From the NCBI GenBank assembly GCA_030650495.1, contig JAUSEB010000032.1:1-50146 (forward strand): 50,146 nt of DNA, read 5' to 3'. The stretch is from Armatimonadota bacterium. GTDB taxonomy: Bacteria > Armatimonadota > UBA5829 > JAUSEB01. The notes below the pieces were generated by a model. It was not told the origin of the DNA and searched no databases. It saw nothing but the letters and a program-made list of their open reading frames with translations. How positions within the stretch are numbered: the first letter of the stretch is position 1; every line of letters starts with the position of its first letter. This document shows positions 34,455-43,204 of the stretch, piece by piece. The translations under genes and the position numbers were made by a program.

Positions 34455-34553
34455 AAAAGTCCTATATACCTGTAGCCTAGGGCCTTGTGCCCGTCAATTC
34501 ACGATCGAGTTGACTGCAATATGACGCCCACAAGGGGCTAGGCTACGGTTTTT
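34455..34553 (+). repeat. 99-nt gtagcctaggg long-hairpin repeat, near-identical copy of 46953-47051
   Basis: aaaagtcctatatacctgtagcctaggg...ggctaggctacggttttt; 94/99 identical by hand alignment. It supplies the last 7 codons and the stop of the 818-aa gene. Confidence 0.9.
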
Positions 34554-36994
34554 ACATCCGCCCAAACCGGGCTGGACCAGGCGATATGTTTGTTCTCCTG
34601 TATCACGCGCAGGTAGTAGTAGCTGTTCTCAGAGAAGTCCTGGTCAACAAAGTCTATTGACAGGCTTTTACGCGATTTCAGTTCATCCTGCCCCATTTCA
34701 TAGATTACCTTGTTATTCTTGAATATGACCGCGTTGGTCATGGGCTTGATGGATTCGACCACTGCTGATATGCGAGGCTTCCCGGCGGCGGCGTATTCCG
34801 TTCCCATGATGTGTCCATCCACGCGGAAATCGACGAATATCTTATCCCCCGTCGTGGCGTAACACCTCTTGGCAAGCAGGGCTTCGATTATACCTTTCCG
34901 GCTGATCTCTTTGACCAGCACGGCAGCCACCCCGATTCCCATCGCATTGTGGTCGCCGCTTGCGATAAAGCCCATTCTATGGCCGCGAGCCAGCGCGTCC
35001 TGAACGTAACATCCTTTGTATTTAGTCGGATTTGGAATTTGACGCGGACATCCCTCGTATTCCATCGAACTGCGGCACTGAAACATCTCCACGACACACT
35101 GAAAATGCGGATCATGAAAGTCCCAGTCCATCGGATGTCCGATGTCGGCGGAGTGATGCGGAATGGTGACGGCTTCAATCTTCTTCTCTCGCAGCAAGTT
35201 CCAGACTTTATCCATTCGACTGGACTCTTCCAGATTGGCGTCATATACCGCCTTACCTTGCCATACGAATTTCGCGGCGTCTTCGCCGGATCCGAATATC
35301 ACATTCCGGTGGCCTGAACTCGGAGGCTTGTTTTTGCCGATAAACGTCCATTCATAAGCGGGAAGGGCCACATAGTAGGGAGGGTCGTCATAAAACTCAG
35401 CCGCTCTGCGAGTCTTCCGCCAGGCTGCTTCGTAGAGGTCGAATCCATGGTCCGTCATAGCCATGAAATCGTAGCCCTCGACATCAAATCCGTAACGGTA
35501 GTTGTCATCGAGGATGCCGTCCGAACCATCGATCCAACAGCGCGAGAATAGAGTGTGCTCGTGCAGATTGCCGAACAGCAGGATGTACTTTTCACCGCCC
35601 ACTTTCACCGTGCGGTGGGGCGGTCTCGCGCGTCCGAAAACCGTTGGCTTGAACTCACCGGCGGAGGCTTCCCGCAGCGCAGGCTGCCGATTGCCCGTAT
35701 TGGAAACCGGCGGCTTGGCCCGCGCCACACGAATTCCGCTTTTAATCTTCTCCACGGGCGTCGCCAGATAATCGTCCACCTGCCAGGCTATCCAGAATGA
35801 GCCAAGTCCATCCGGCGTGACGGCAGGCTTGCCGATTCTGCCCAGCTCGGCATCTTCCAGCGCGCTCACCGGCTGCGTCCAACCATTTTTCGAGTCCAGG
35901 CAACTTGCTCTCATATACCATGCACGTCTGAGTTCCATGGATGCGCGAGAGAACAGCCGGATTTCGCCGGAGTCGCCCTCCAGCAGGGTTGGGTAATGAT
36001 CGTTACCGCTGTCCAATACTGTTTGCTTGCCGGACCCCGCCTGCCATAATTGGCCGTCTTGATAGCACACGGCCTTACATTCCATCTGCCCGTGATAGCT
36101 CAGCCCAGTCTTTGAAGGAGACATGCGCTGGTAAGACACCCAGACTCGACCGTCAGCATCACATAAGACCGACGGATTGCAGTTCGTGTTAATCACGTGC
36201 TGCCCTTCTCTTCCAATCGCGATGTCTATCTCTTTGCCTACGGATTCGCTCCCAGGGTCGTAACGCCTGAGATGGACATTCCTCTGGCGGTCGCGCACGG
36301 CGGAATAGGCCACCCAAACCGTCCCGGATGGATCCACATCGAGCGCCGGGTTATAAGCGTTTGTCTTGCCGTCCGTGATGTGGACAGTTTTACCCCACGC
36401 GCCGCTATGATATTGCTTTACGCAAATCCTGAACCTGCCTTTTTGGTACGATTCCCACGCAAGCCAAAATGTATTATCTTTTCCTGATGTTAGGCAGGGA
36501 TTCAGCGCCTTACCTCTGCCGCCACGAACAGTTTGTGGGCGGCCAAATGTGGAGCCGTTGTACAAACTGCTTTCCAGAGACCACTTCCCACTGTCTATCT
36601 TTATCCAGACAATCATCGGCGCGCCGCCTGGAGCGCAAGCAATACATGGCGTCTCGTACTTTCCCGGTTGTTCAGTCACCGGCAACGGCGCCGACCACTT
36701 GCCCCGGCGCTCATTGACCAGAACCATCTCCATATCCTGCTCCAGCCTGTTTAGCCATGCGACCCAAACGGCGCCATTCCTGTCCGATGCGATGCAGGGA
36801 CTGTCCGCATAGCCTTCGCCGTCGGGAGATATAACTTGTGAGTCGAACAGCTCGAACGGGTTGTTATCTTGTACGGGGCCGGTCAAATCGGCCAGGCTCT
36901 CCGCGTTGGACAATAACAAGCCGGGACCCCCGACAAACGCCGCGGCTCCCGCGGCCCCGATAGTTTTCATGAACTTACGTCTGCTTATGCCCAT
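34538..36994 (-). CDS. Tat-signal protein: N-terminal propeller-like repeats fused to a PHP/DUF3604-like metallophosphoesterase domain (818 aa)
   Basis: Twin-arginine leader MGISRRKFMKTIGAAGAAAF. Recurrent xxW(V/I/L)AW/Y strands: VWVAWL, FWLAWE, VWVAYS, VWVSYQ, FWIAWQ. C-terminal LFGNLHEHTLFS..MTDHGFD..IPHHSA..GDHN metal-ligand pattern. Confidence 0.65.
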   Translation of the reverse strand: MGISRRKFMKTIGAAGAAAFVGGPGLLLSNAESLADLTGPVQDNNPFELFDSQVISPDGEGYADSPCIASDRNGAVWVAWLNRLEQDMEMVLVNERRGKWSAPLPVTEQPGKYETPCIACAPGGAPMIVWIKIDSGKWSLESSLYNGSTFGRPQTVRGGRGKALNPCLTSGKDNTFWLAWESYQKGRFRICVKQYHSGAWGKTVHITDGKTNAYNPALDVDPSGTVWVAYSAVRDRQRNVHLRRYDPGSESVGKEIDIAIGREGQHVINTNCNPSVLCDADGRVWVSYQRMSPSKTGLSYHGQMECKAVCYQDGQLWQAGSGKQTVLDSGNDHYPTLLEGDSGEIRLFSRASMELRRAWYMRASCLDSKNGWTQPVSALEDAELGRIGKPAVTPDGLGSFWIAWQVDDYLATPVEKIKSGIRVARAKPPVSNTGNRQPALREASAGEFKPTVFGRARPPHRTVKVGGEKYILLFGNLHEHTLFSRCWIDGSDGILDDNYRYGFDVEGYDFMAMTDHGFDLYEAAWRKTRRAAEFYDDPPYYVALPAYEWTFIGKNKPPSSGHRNVIFGSGEDAAKFVWQGKAVYDANLEESSRMDKVWNLLREKKIEAVTIPHHSADIGHPMDWDFHDPHFQCVVEMFQCRSSMEYEGCPRQIPNPTKYKGCYVQDALARGHRMGFIASGDHNAMGIGVAAVLVKEISRKGIIEALLAKRCYATTGDKIFVDFRVDGHIMGTEYAAAGKPRISAVVESIKPMTNAVIFKNNKVIYEMGQDELKSRKSLSIDFVDQDFSENSYYYLRVIQENKHIAWSSPVWADVKTVA

Positions 36995-37080
36995 ATCTAT
37001 TCCTTCAAAATAATCACTAAATACAGAATAGCGCTTCTTGGCGAATTTGTCTGTTATAGAATAGGGTATATCAACGGAAA

Positions 37081-37198
37081 AGGGAGTCGAGAGTCGAGGG
37101 ATAGTTGAAGGTTGAATGTTGAAGGTTTAAGGTATCGCTTGCGCCACGCTCCCCTTCAACATTCAACGTTAAGCATTCAACTCTCTAAACTCTCAACT
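37081..37198. repeat. heptamer-array hairpin element, copy 2 of 2 (see 511-600)
   Basis: gggagtcgagagtcgaggga..gttgaatgttgaagg..ccttcaacattcaac..tctctaaactctcaactc. Confidence 0.85.
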
Positions 37199-37200
37199 CA

Positions 37201-37240
37201 TATCTGCGTTTATCTGTGTCCATCGGCGTTCATCTGCGTT
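37201..37240 (+). repeat. decamer tandem repeat x4
   Basis: atctgcgttt atctgtgtcc atcggcgttc atctgcgttc. Confidence 0.85.
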
Positions 37241-37331
37241 CTTTTCCAAACCCTCAACCCTTACCACTTGTGGTTCAGTATTTAGCGGCGTTGGGTAATA
37301 AGCCGTCTGGTCGAAATGCGCGCCTCGTTGG

Positions 37332-37361
37332 TTGACAATCTGAGCGCGCGAGGGCTATAAT
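37332..37361 (+). promoter_or_regulatory. consensus promoter TTGACA-18-TATAAT
   Basis: ttgaca at 37332-37337 and tataat at 37356-37361, upstream of the phosphohexomutase gene. Confidence 0.6.
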
Positions 37362-37397
37362 TGCCAAAATTCCCCCTGCTGAAAGGTTCTTTGCTTG

Positions 37398-38759
37398 ATG
37401 CCTACTGATACTCAAAAAGATATATCCAAGGAAATTTTCAAAGCTTACGACATTAGGGGCCTCTACCCGTCCGAACTGGATGAGGACGCCGCATATCGCA
37501 TCGCCCGCGCCTTTGCCTCGGCGCTTAATCCAAAGGTAGTGGTGTTGGGCCGCGACATGCGCGAAAGCGGTCCCGCGATTAGCGACGCCACCGCCAAAGG
37601 GCTTATGGACCAGGGCGCGGATGTGATTGACGTCGGCCTTACCAGCACGTCGATGTATTATTATGCGGTGAACGCGCTGAATGGAGAAGCCGGAGTTATG
37701 GTCACCGCCTCCCACAACCCCGCGCAATACACGGGATTTAAGATGACCGGAGCCGGAGCCATTCCGAGCATAGTCAAGGTGAGCAACGAAGAACTTTGGC
37801 GGCTGGCGAATGAAGGCAGTTTCCCGGAACCGGCGCAAAAGGGGAAATCCCTCGGTCAAGCGGACGTCCTGGAAGACTATGTGACCGCTATTCTTGAAAA
37901 CACCGGAGTTTCCAGCTTAGGCGATCTGAAGATAGTCGTGGACGCTGGAAACGGAATGGCCGGTATGATTCTTCCGCATATATTCGAGCGGGTTGGGAGC
38001 AAGCCTATCCCACTATTCTGGGAGTTGGACGGGAGATTCCCGAACCACGAGGCAAATCCATTAAAAGAGGAAACGCTGGAGCAGCTAAAAGCAACCGTTA
38101 TTAGAGAGAAGGCTGACCTCGGCGTTGCGTACGACGGCGACGCGGACAGAGTGGCGTTCGTCGATGAGACCGGCAGGAGCATCTCCGGCGACTTCATCAC
38201 CGCTTTAATCGCCAGGGAAATGCTCAAGAAGGCTCCCGGAGCCAGGATAATGTATGATCTTAGAAGCAGTTGGGTCGTGCCGGAAGAGATAGAAAAAGCC
38301 GGAGGCGAAGCGGTCAAATGCCGCGTGGGCCATGGTCTTATCAAGAAGCAAATGCGCGAAGAGGGCGGCTATTTCGCCGGAGAGCTGTCATCGCACTACT
38401 ACTTCTCCGACTTCTACTACACCGATAACGGCGATTTGGCGATGCTCAATATCATCAAGCAGATGCTTTCGACCGGCAAGAAAATGTCGGAGTTGGTGAA
38501 CCCACTCCGAAGGTATTTCCACAGCGGTGAGATCAATTCCAAGGTCAAAGATGTTCCCGAGAAACTGGCGGAGTTGGAGAAAACCTACGGCAGCGGAAAA
38601 ATGCTTCACCTTGACGGTCTTTCCGTGGAGTTCGACGACTGGTGGTTCAACGTCCGCCCCAGCAACACCGAGCCGCTGCTTCGACTCAACCTTGAAGCCA
38701 AAACAAAAGAGAAGATGGAAGAGAAAAAGGCCGAACTGCTGGAGTTGATAAGAAGTTAG
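37398..38759 (+). CDS. phosphomannomutase/phosphoglucomutase (alpha-D-phosphohexomutase family)
   Basis: Active-site loop TASHNPAQYTGFK and metal loop AYDGDADRVAF. ATG at 37398, one codon after the TTG used by the ORF track. Confidence 0.92.
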   Translation: MPTDTQKDISKEIFKAYDIRGLYPSELDEDAAYRIARAFASALNPKVVVLGRDMRESGPAISDATAKGLMDQGADVIDVGLTSTSMYYYAVNALNGEAGVMVTASHNPAQYTGFKMTGAGAIPSIVKVSNEELWRLANEGSFPEPAQKGKSLGQADVLEDYVTAILENTGVSSLGDLKIVVDAGNGMAGMILPHIFERVGSKPIPLFWELDGRFPNHEANPLKEETLEQLKATVIREKADLGVAYDGDADRVAFVDETGRSISGDFITALIAREMLKKAPGARIMYDLRSSWVVPEEIEKAGGEAVKCRVGHGLIKKQMREEGGYFAGELSSHYYFSDFYYTDNGDLAMLNIIKQMLSTGKKMSELVNPLRRYFHSGEINSKVKDVPEKLAELEKTYGSGKMLHLDGLSVEFDDWWFNVRPSNTEPLLRLNLEAKTKEKMEEKKAELLELIRS

Positions 38760-38763
38760 GGAG

Positions 38764-38794
38764 GCTATCAGCTGTCAGCTATCAGCTGACAGCT
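38764..38794. repeat. AGCTGTC-family palindrome
   Basis: agctgtcagct (38770-38780) pairs with agctgacagct (38784-38794), loop atc. It is preceded by a degenerate unit gctatc. Confidence 0.9.
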
Positions 38795-38845
38795 TGGCGC
38801 CGATTGCGCCGGGACACTCGTCTTTTAAGACAACGCCTCACTCAT

Positions 38846-38952
38846 GTCATTCTGAGGAGCGAAGCGACGAAGAATCTAATCTGTTGTATATATAGCGTAA
38901 CGCATATACATATTTACAGCCTGTGTAGATCCTTCACTTCGTTCAGGATGAC
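38846..38952 (-). mobile_element. MITE-like element, copy B (107 nt, inverted relative to copy C)
   Basis: The reverse complement matches 47104-47210 at 98/107 positions by hand alignment. The ends are gtcattctgaggagcgaagcgacgaagaatc and gatccttcacttcgttcaggatgac. Confidence 0.8.
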
Positions 38953-38988
38953 GGGTTTACAGCGAATTCATAAATAACCAAGACGACA

Positions 38989-39058
38989 GTGGGAACGCTG
39001 CGGCGAGCGTTCCCTACGGAATCTGATTGTAGGGAACGGACGCCGTTCCGTTCCGACA
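38989..39058. repeat. two-hairpin repeat, copy 2 of 2 (see 6178-6244)
   Basis: Hairpins gggaacgctgcggcgagcgttccc (38991-39014) and gggaacggacgccgttcc (39032-39049). Confidence 0.8.
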
Positions 39059-39059
39059 T

Positions 39060-39091
39060 AGCTGTCAGCTGAAAGCTGACAGCTGACAGCT
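39060..39091. repeat. AGCTGTC-family palindrome
   Basis: agctgtcagct gaa agctgacagct is identical to the core at 47257-47281, plus an extra gacagct. Confidence 0.9.
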
Positions 39092-39111
39092 AAAAACGCG
39101 GAGGTAATTTT

Positions 39112-40395
39112 TTGCTCGACGCCAAGTTCATACGACAAAATCCCGATATAGTTCGCCAAGCCCTGATAAACAGGCAGAACGATACAAAGGCGCTGGATGA
39201 GTTCCTTGAACTCGACGAGACTAGGCGCGGCCTGCTTGTCGAGTCGGAATCCCTGAAGGCGGAGCGAAATCGCGAGTCCGAAGAGATTGCCAAGATGAAG
39301 AAGGCCGGGCAGGACGCGAGCGCGGATATTGCGCGTATGCGCGAGGTGTCGGACAGGATAAAGGAGCTTGACGCCAAAGTTAAGGAAGTCGAAGAACGGC
39401 TCGATGTCGTAACTCTCAACATCCCCAACATTCCGCACGAGACAACGCCCGTTGGAAAAGACGCGGCTGATAATGTGCCCGTCAAGACCATCGGCGAGCC
39501 GCGCAAGTTCGACTTCGATCCCGCCCCGCACTGGGAATTGGGGACGATGCTTGATATTCTCGACTTCGAGCGCGGCAGCAAAATTACCGGCAGCGGGTTT
39601 ATACTCTACAAAGGACTGGGAGCCAGGCTGGAACGCGCGCTGTTCAACTGGATGCTCGACCTGCATACTCAGAAGCACGGCTATACTGAAGTCTTCCCGC
39701 CGTTTTTGGTAAACAGGCAGTCGATGATCGGCACGGGGCAAATCCCCAAGATGGAAGACGATATGTATCACTGCAACGAGGACGATCTGTTCCTTGACCC
39801 GACCGCCGAGGTTCCGGTAACGAACATCCACCGTGACGAGATACTGAACGCCGAGGATTTGCCGATCTACTACACCGCCTATTCCGCCTGTTTCCGCAGG
39901 GAGGCCGGGGCCGCCGGAAAGGACACTCGCGGGCTTCTGCGCGTGCACCAATTTAATAAAGTGGAAATGGTGAAGTTCACCACGCCGGAAACGTCTTACG
40001 ATGAGCACGAGTCGCTTTTGCAAAACGCGGAAGAGGTCTTCCAGCTTCTCGAAATCCCGTATAGAGTGTTACTCCTTTGCACGGGCGACATCAGCTTCGC
40101 GTCGGCCAAATGTTACGATGTCGAAGCCTGGGCGCCGGGAGTCGGCCAGTGGCTGGAAGTGTCATCGTGCAGCAACTTCGAGGACTTCCAAGCGCGGCGC
40201 GCCAACATCAAGTTCCGGCGGGAACGCGGCGCAAAACCGGAGTTCCTCCACACGCTAAACGCTTCGGGAGTCGCCCTGCCGCGAACCTTCATCGCCGTAT
40301 TGGAAAACTACCAGCAGCCGGACGGAACGATAGTCGTGCCTAAGGTGTTAAGGCCGTATATGGGCGGGGTGGAAGTGATTGGGAAGCGGAAGTAG
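39112..40395 (+). CDS. serS: seryl-tRNA synthetase
   Basis: Class II motifs [21 protein letters not shown] and [20 protein letters not shown], with an N-terminal coiled-coil arm. TTG start after ggagg. Confidence 0.95.
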   Translation: MLDAKFIRQNPDIVRQALINRQNDTKALDEFLELDETRRGLLVESESLKAERNRESEEIAKMKKAGQDASADIARMREVSDRIKELDAKVKEVEERLDVVTLNIPNIPHETTPVGKDAADNVPVKTIGEPRKFDFDPAPHWELGTMLDILDFERGSKITGSGFILYKGLGARLERALFNWMLDLHTQKHGYTEVFPPFLVNRQSMIGTGQIPKMEDDMYHCNEDDLFLDPTAEVPVTNIHRDEILNAEDLPIYYTAYSACFRREAGAAGKDTRGLLRVHQFNKVEMVKFTTPETSYDEHESLLQNAEEVFQLLEIPYRVLLLCTGDISFASAKCYDVEAWAPGVGQWLEVSSCSNFEDFQARRANIKFRRERGAKPEFLHTLNASGVALPRTFIAVLENYQQPDGTIVVPKVLRPYMGGVEVIGKRK

Positions 40396-40404
40396 CCTTA
40401 GATA

Positions 40405-41181
40405 TTGAACAACCTCTGTTCCTACGATGCCATAGTTTTCGATCTCTTCGACACGCTGTACCCCTGGGGGCCGGACAAATATTCCAAGGCTCTTAATGCG
40501 CTGTGCGACACCGTTGCCTCTCATTGCCCATCGTCCAACGCTGAAGACATACATGCGCGGTATATGGACATACGTGTGCGGATGTCGGCGGAGAATTTGT
40601 CACGATTGGTTGAAAATGATTTTACGTTCGCCATACGCGAACTCGTGGGTTGTTTTACTGATAAAGATAACGAAGAGATCGTTGCAAAGAGCATACACAA
40701 CTATGACTCCGCGCTGGCGGGAGCTTTAACGCTGCCGGATGGCGTGTCGGATCTGCTGCGCCGCCTCTCGGCCAATTACAAACTCGGCGTCTTGTCCAAC
40801 TACCCCACCGCCGGAGGAATCCGAATGGCGCTTGAGCGTGACGATTTGACTCCTATGCTGGCCGCTATCGTCGTTTCTTCCGAAGTGGGGTTCATCAAGC
40901 CCCACCCCGCCATGTTCCAAACCGTGTGCGACAAACTGGATTGTGATCCCGGTAAAATACTATTCGTCGGCGACACGTGGGAAAGTGATGTTGTAGGAGC
41001 TTGTCTTGCGGGAATGCCCTGCGTACGCATTACGCCTTCGCAATCCGGAATCGAGCAAGGACAATTCTTCAACGGACACATACGCAAATGGCTGGAATCG
41101 CAGGCCAATCTTGAGTGGAAAAAAGCCCAGCCGCTGGTAGAGCTTATGAGCGTTTTACGGCTCGAAGACTGGCTTAGCTGA
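40405..41181 (+). CDS. HAD-superfamily hydrolase
   Basis: Motif I IVFDLFDTL, motif II VLSNYP, motif IV FVGDTWESDVVGA. TTG start. Confidence 0.8.
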   Translation: MNNLCSYDAIVFDLFDTLYPWGPDKYSKALNALCDTVASHCPSSNAEDIHARYMDIRVRMSAENLSRLVENDFTFAIRELVGCFTDKDNEEIVAKSIHNYDSALAGALTLPDGVSDLLRRLSANYKLGVLSNYPTAGGIRMALERDDLTPMLAAIVVSSEVGFIKPHPAMFQTVCDKLDCDPGKILFVGDTWESDVVGACLAGMPCVRITPSQSGIEQGQFFNGHIRKWLESQANLEWKKAQPLVELMSVLRLEDWLS

Positions 41182-41274
41182 TTCCAAATTGCGGCTGGAT
41201 TGGTCGTCTTAATACTCAGAGATCATTGACCTGAGCAATATTAATTCCAGCTTAAGATTTTGACACCATTTCCA

Positions 41275-41303
41275 TTGACGCGCTTGAGGCAGTGTGGTAA
41301 ACT
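41275..41303 (+). promoter_or_regulatory. possible atp operon promoter TTGACG-17-TAAACT
   Basis: ttgacg at 41275-41280 and taaact at 41298-41303, preceded by a tgg extended -10-like element. Confidence 0.4.
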
Positions 41304-41320
41304 TCTTCAGGCCTTTTGAG

Positions 41321-41352
41321 GAATCACGCGCTGCTATTATGGCGCGTGATTC
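41321..41352 (+). promoter_or_regulatory. perfect 11-bp stem-loop in the atp leader
   Basis: gaatcacgcgc (41321-41331), loop tgctattatg, gcgcgtgattc (41342-41352). It ends 10 nt before the RBS caggag. Confidence 0.6.
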
Positions 41353-41369
41353 TTTCGTGTGACAGGAGA

Positions 41370-41597
41370 ATGGCGATGGCTGGACAAGACTACAAATGGA
41401 TGAGAAAAGCCGGTCTTGCGTCCAGCATCGGCCTGTTGTTTGTGGTCTCTATTGTCATGGGCTGGGCATTTGGATCGTGGCTCGATAAGAAGCTGGGGAC
41501 AACGCCCTGGTTGATGCTTGTGTTTACGATACTTGGTATCGTAGCAGGCTTTGTCGAGATGATCCGAATAGCACAGCAGCTTGCAAAAGAGGACTAA
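41370..41597 (+). CDS. atpZ: AtpZ/AtpI-family small membrane protein (ATP synthase gene 1)
   Basis: AGLASSIGLLFVVSIVMGWAFGSWLDKKLGTTPWLMLVFTILGIVAGF forms two TM helices. ATG at 41370 after caggag. Confidence 0.75.
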   Translation: MAMAGQDYKWMRKAGLASSIGLLFVVSIVMGWAFGSWLDKKLGTTPWLMLVFTILGIVAGFVEMIRIAQQLAKED

Positions 41598-42033
41598 CAG
41601 TTTTACGGATAACAGAGAGAATGGTAAGAGAGCTTTGGATTCCGGTTTCATAAAACGGGTTTATAGAACATCCATCGCGGTCTGGCTATTTGCCCTTTTG
41701 TGGTGCGCCGTGCTGGCAAACGGTCCCGCGGCCGCCGGAATCACAATCGGTTTTGGCATATCGCTCGGTTCGTTTATGATATTGGAGCGTCTGGTGAAAG
41801 CGATATTTACGCCCGACGCAGCCGAGGAATCACGCCGGGCTATTAAGCGGTTATTAGCAATCGCCGCGCTGAAGTACGCAGTGATCGCGGCTATACTTTG
41901 GGGAGTTTTCAAGCTCGGCTGGGTAAGTCCTGTCGGACTTGCTATAGGTATCGGGCTGCCGCAAGCGGTGATATTCCTTAAAGCGCTAGGGAAGACACTG
42001 ACGGTTGGTCCGGAATCAGGTGGGAGACAATAG
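41581..42033 (+). CDS. atpI: ATP synthase subunit I
   Basis: Hydrophobic helices, GITIGFGISLGSFMILERL .. AALKYAVIAAILWGVF .. GLAIGIGLPQAVIFLKAL. The start is uncertain: TTG at 41581 overlaps atpZ, and an in-frame TTG at 41635 is the alternative. Confidence 0.7.
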   Translation: MQKRTNSFTDNRENGKRALDSGFIKRVYRTSIAVWLFALLWCAVLANGPAAAGITIGFGISLGSFMILERLVKAIFTPDAAEESRRAIKRLLAIAALKYAVIAAILWGVFKLGWVSPVGLAIGIGLPQAVIFLKALGKTLTVGPESGGRQ

Positions 42034-42750
42034 TTGGAGCATCATCACGGTTCAGGCCTTGTCGAAGGAAATCCGTGGACATTAGTTGGAATGTCCTGGA
42101 TAGTCATATTGACCCTGGCTATAATCTCATATTTGGGAATGCGGAATCGAGGCAAAATACCCGGTCCACTTCAAAGCATTTTGGAGTTCGCCGTGTCCGG
42201 CATGTTCAACTTTATCGAGGGCATAATCGGACACGATGGTAGAAAATACGCTCCGTTTATCACAACCCTGTTTTTCTACATCCTGTTTCTAAATTTACTG
42301 GGTATAATCCCCGGCCTTCGCTCCCCGACAAGCGCGCTGAACATGACAATCGCACTGGCGCTGTGCTCGTTTTTTTACGTTCAATTCCAGGCAATTCGCC
42401 AAAATGGACCGGTGAAATACGTTAAGCATTTCTGGGGCGATCCGTGGTGGTTGGGATTTCTCATGTTTCCTATTCACATCATTGGGGAATTGGCGAAGCC
42501 GCTTTCGCTCTCGATTCGTCTTTTCGGAAACATCTTCGGCGAAGACAAGATAATCGTTATACTTGCGGCGATGTCGCCATATATAATCAAACCTTGGTTG
42601 AAATTACTGCCGATTCAGTTCCCAATGATGGCATTTGGGGTTTTCACCAGCTTTATTCAAGCTTTGATATTCACTGTTCTCACGGCGGGCTATCTGACGG
42701 TTTTGATAAGCCATGCCGAGGAAGCAACTACTCTCGCCGAACAACATTAG
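42034..42750 (+). CDS. atpB: F0 ATP synthase subunit a
   Basis: LSLSIRLFGNIFGED carries the essential Arg. TTG start after ggtgggag. Confidence 0.93.
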   Translation: MEHHHGSGLVEGNPWTLVGMSWIVILTLAIISYLGMRNRGKIPGPLQSILEFAVSGMFNFIEGIIGHDGRKYAPFITTLFFYILFLNLLGIIPGLRSPTSALNMTIALALCSFFYVQFQAIRQNGPVKYVKHFWGDPWWLGFLMFPIHIIGELAKPLSLSIRLFGNIFGEDKIIVILAAMSPYIIKPWLKLLPIQFPMMAFGVFTSFIQALIFTVLTAGYLTVLISHAEEATTLAEQH

Positions 42751-42771
42751 CATAATGGGAGGAGGTTCATA

Positions 42772-43038
42772 ATGGTTTATTTTGCAGCGCTTGCGATTGC
42801 CGTGGGACTCGGACTGCCGATAGCGGTCCTTTCGGCGGCAATTGGACAGGGTAAGGTCGGCGCCGCCGCTATGGAGGGAATCGCCCGTCAGCCGGAGGCA
42901 GCGGGGAAAATCCAATTGGCTATGATGATCGCGCTCGGTTTCATTGAGTCGTTAGTCATCTACTCGCTTCTGATGTTTTTCCTGCTCATGCCAAAGCTGC
43001 CGGACACGATGAAAATTATGGATTACCTCGGTAAGTAA
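42772..43038 (+). CDS. atpE: F0 ATP synthase subunit c
   Basis: [19 protein letters not shown] loop and the carboxylate helix [14 protein letters not shown]. Confidence 0.93.
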   Translation: MVYFAALAIAVGLGLPIAVLSAAIGQGKVGAAAMEGIARQPEAAGKIQLAMMIALGFIESLVIYSLLMFFLLMPKLPDTMKIMDYLGK

Positions 43039-43056
43039 CCGGCGCTCTGATTTATT

Positions 43057-43149
43057 GGGAGTGTTCAAAAACCGTAGCCTAGCCCTTTATGGGCGTCGTG
43101 ACGGGGACAAGCCCCTAGGCTACAGGAAATAGAAATTTTGAACACTCCC
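43057..43149. repeat. nested palindrome (gggagtgttcaaaaa / gtagcctag family) in the atpE-atpF spacer
   Basis: gggagtgttcaaaaa (43057-43071) pairs with ttttgaacactccc (43136-43149). Inner pair gtagcctag..ctaggctac. Confidence 0.9.
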
Positions 43150-43204
43150 TACTGCGACGGTATCTTTGAAAAAGAAGAACCCGCGGGCGATAGGAGGGTC
43201 TTGA

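Noticed and set aside
37275-37859. 194-aa minus-strand ORF.
   Set aside because: It overlaps the phosphohexomutase gene and its consensus promoter in antisense. It is a shadow ORF.
38968-40023. 351-aa minus-strand ORF.
   Set aside because: It is antisense to serS and begins in the repeat-filled spacer. I recognised no family features.
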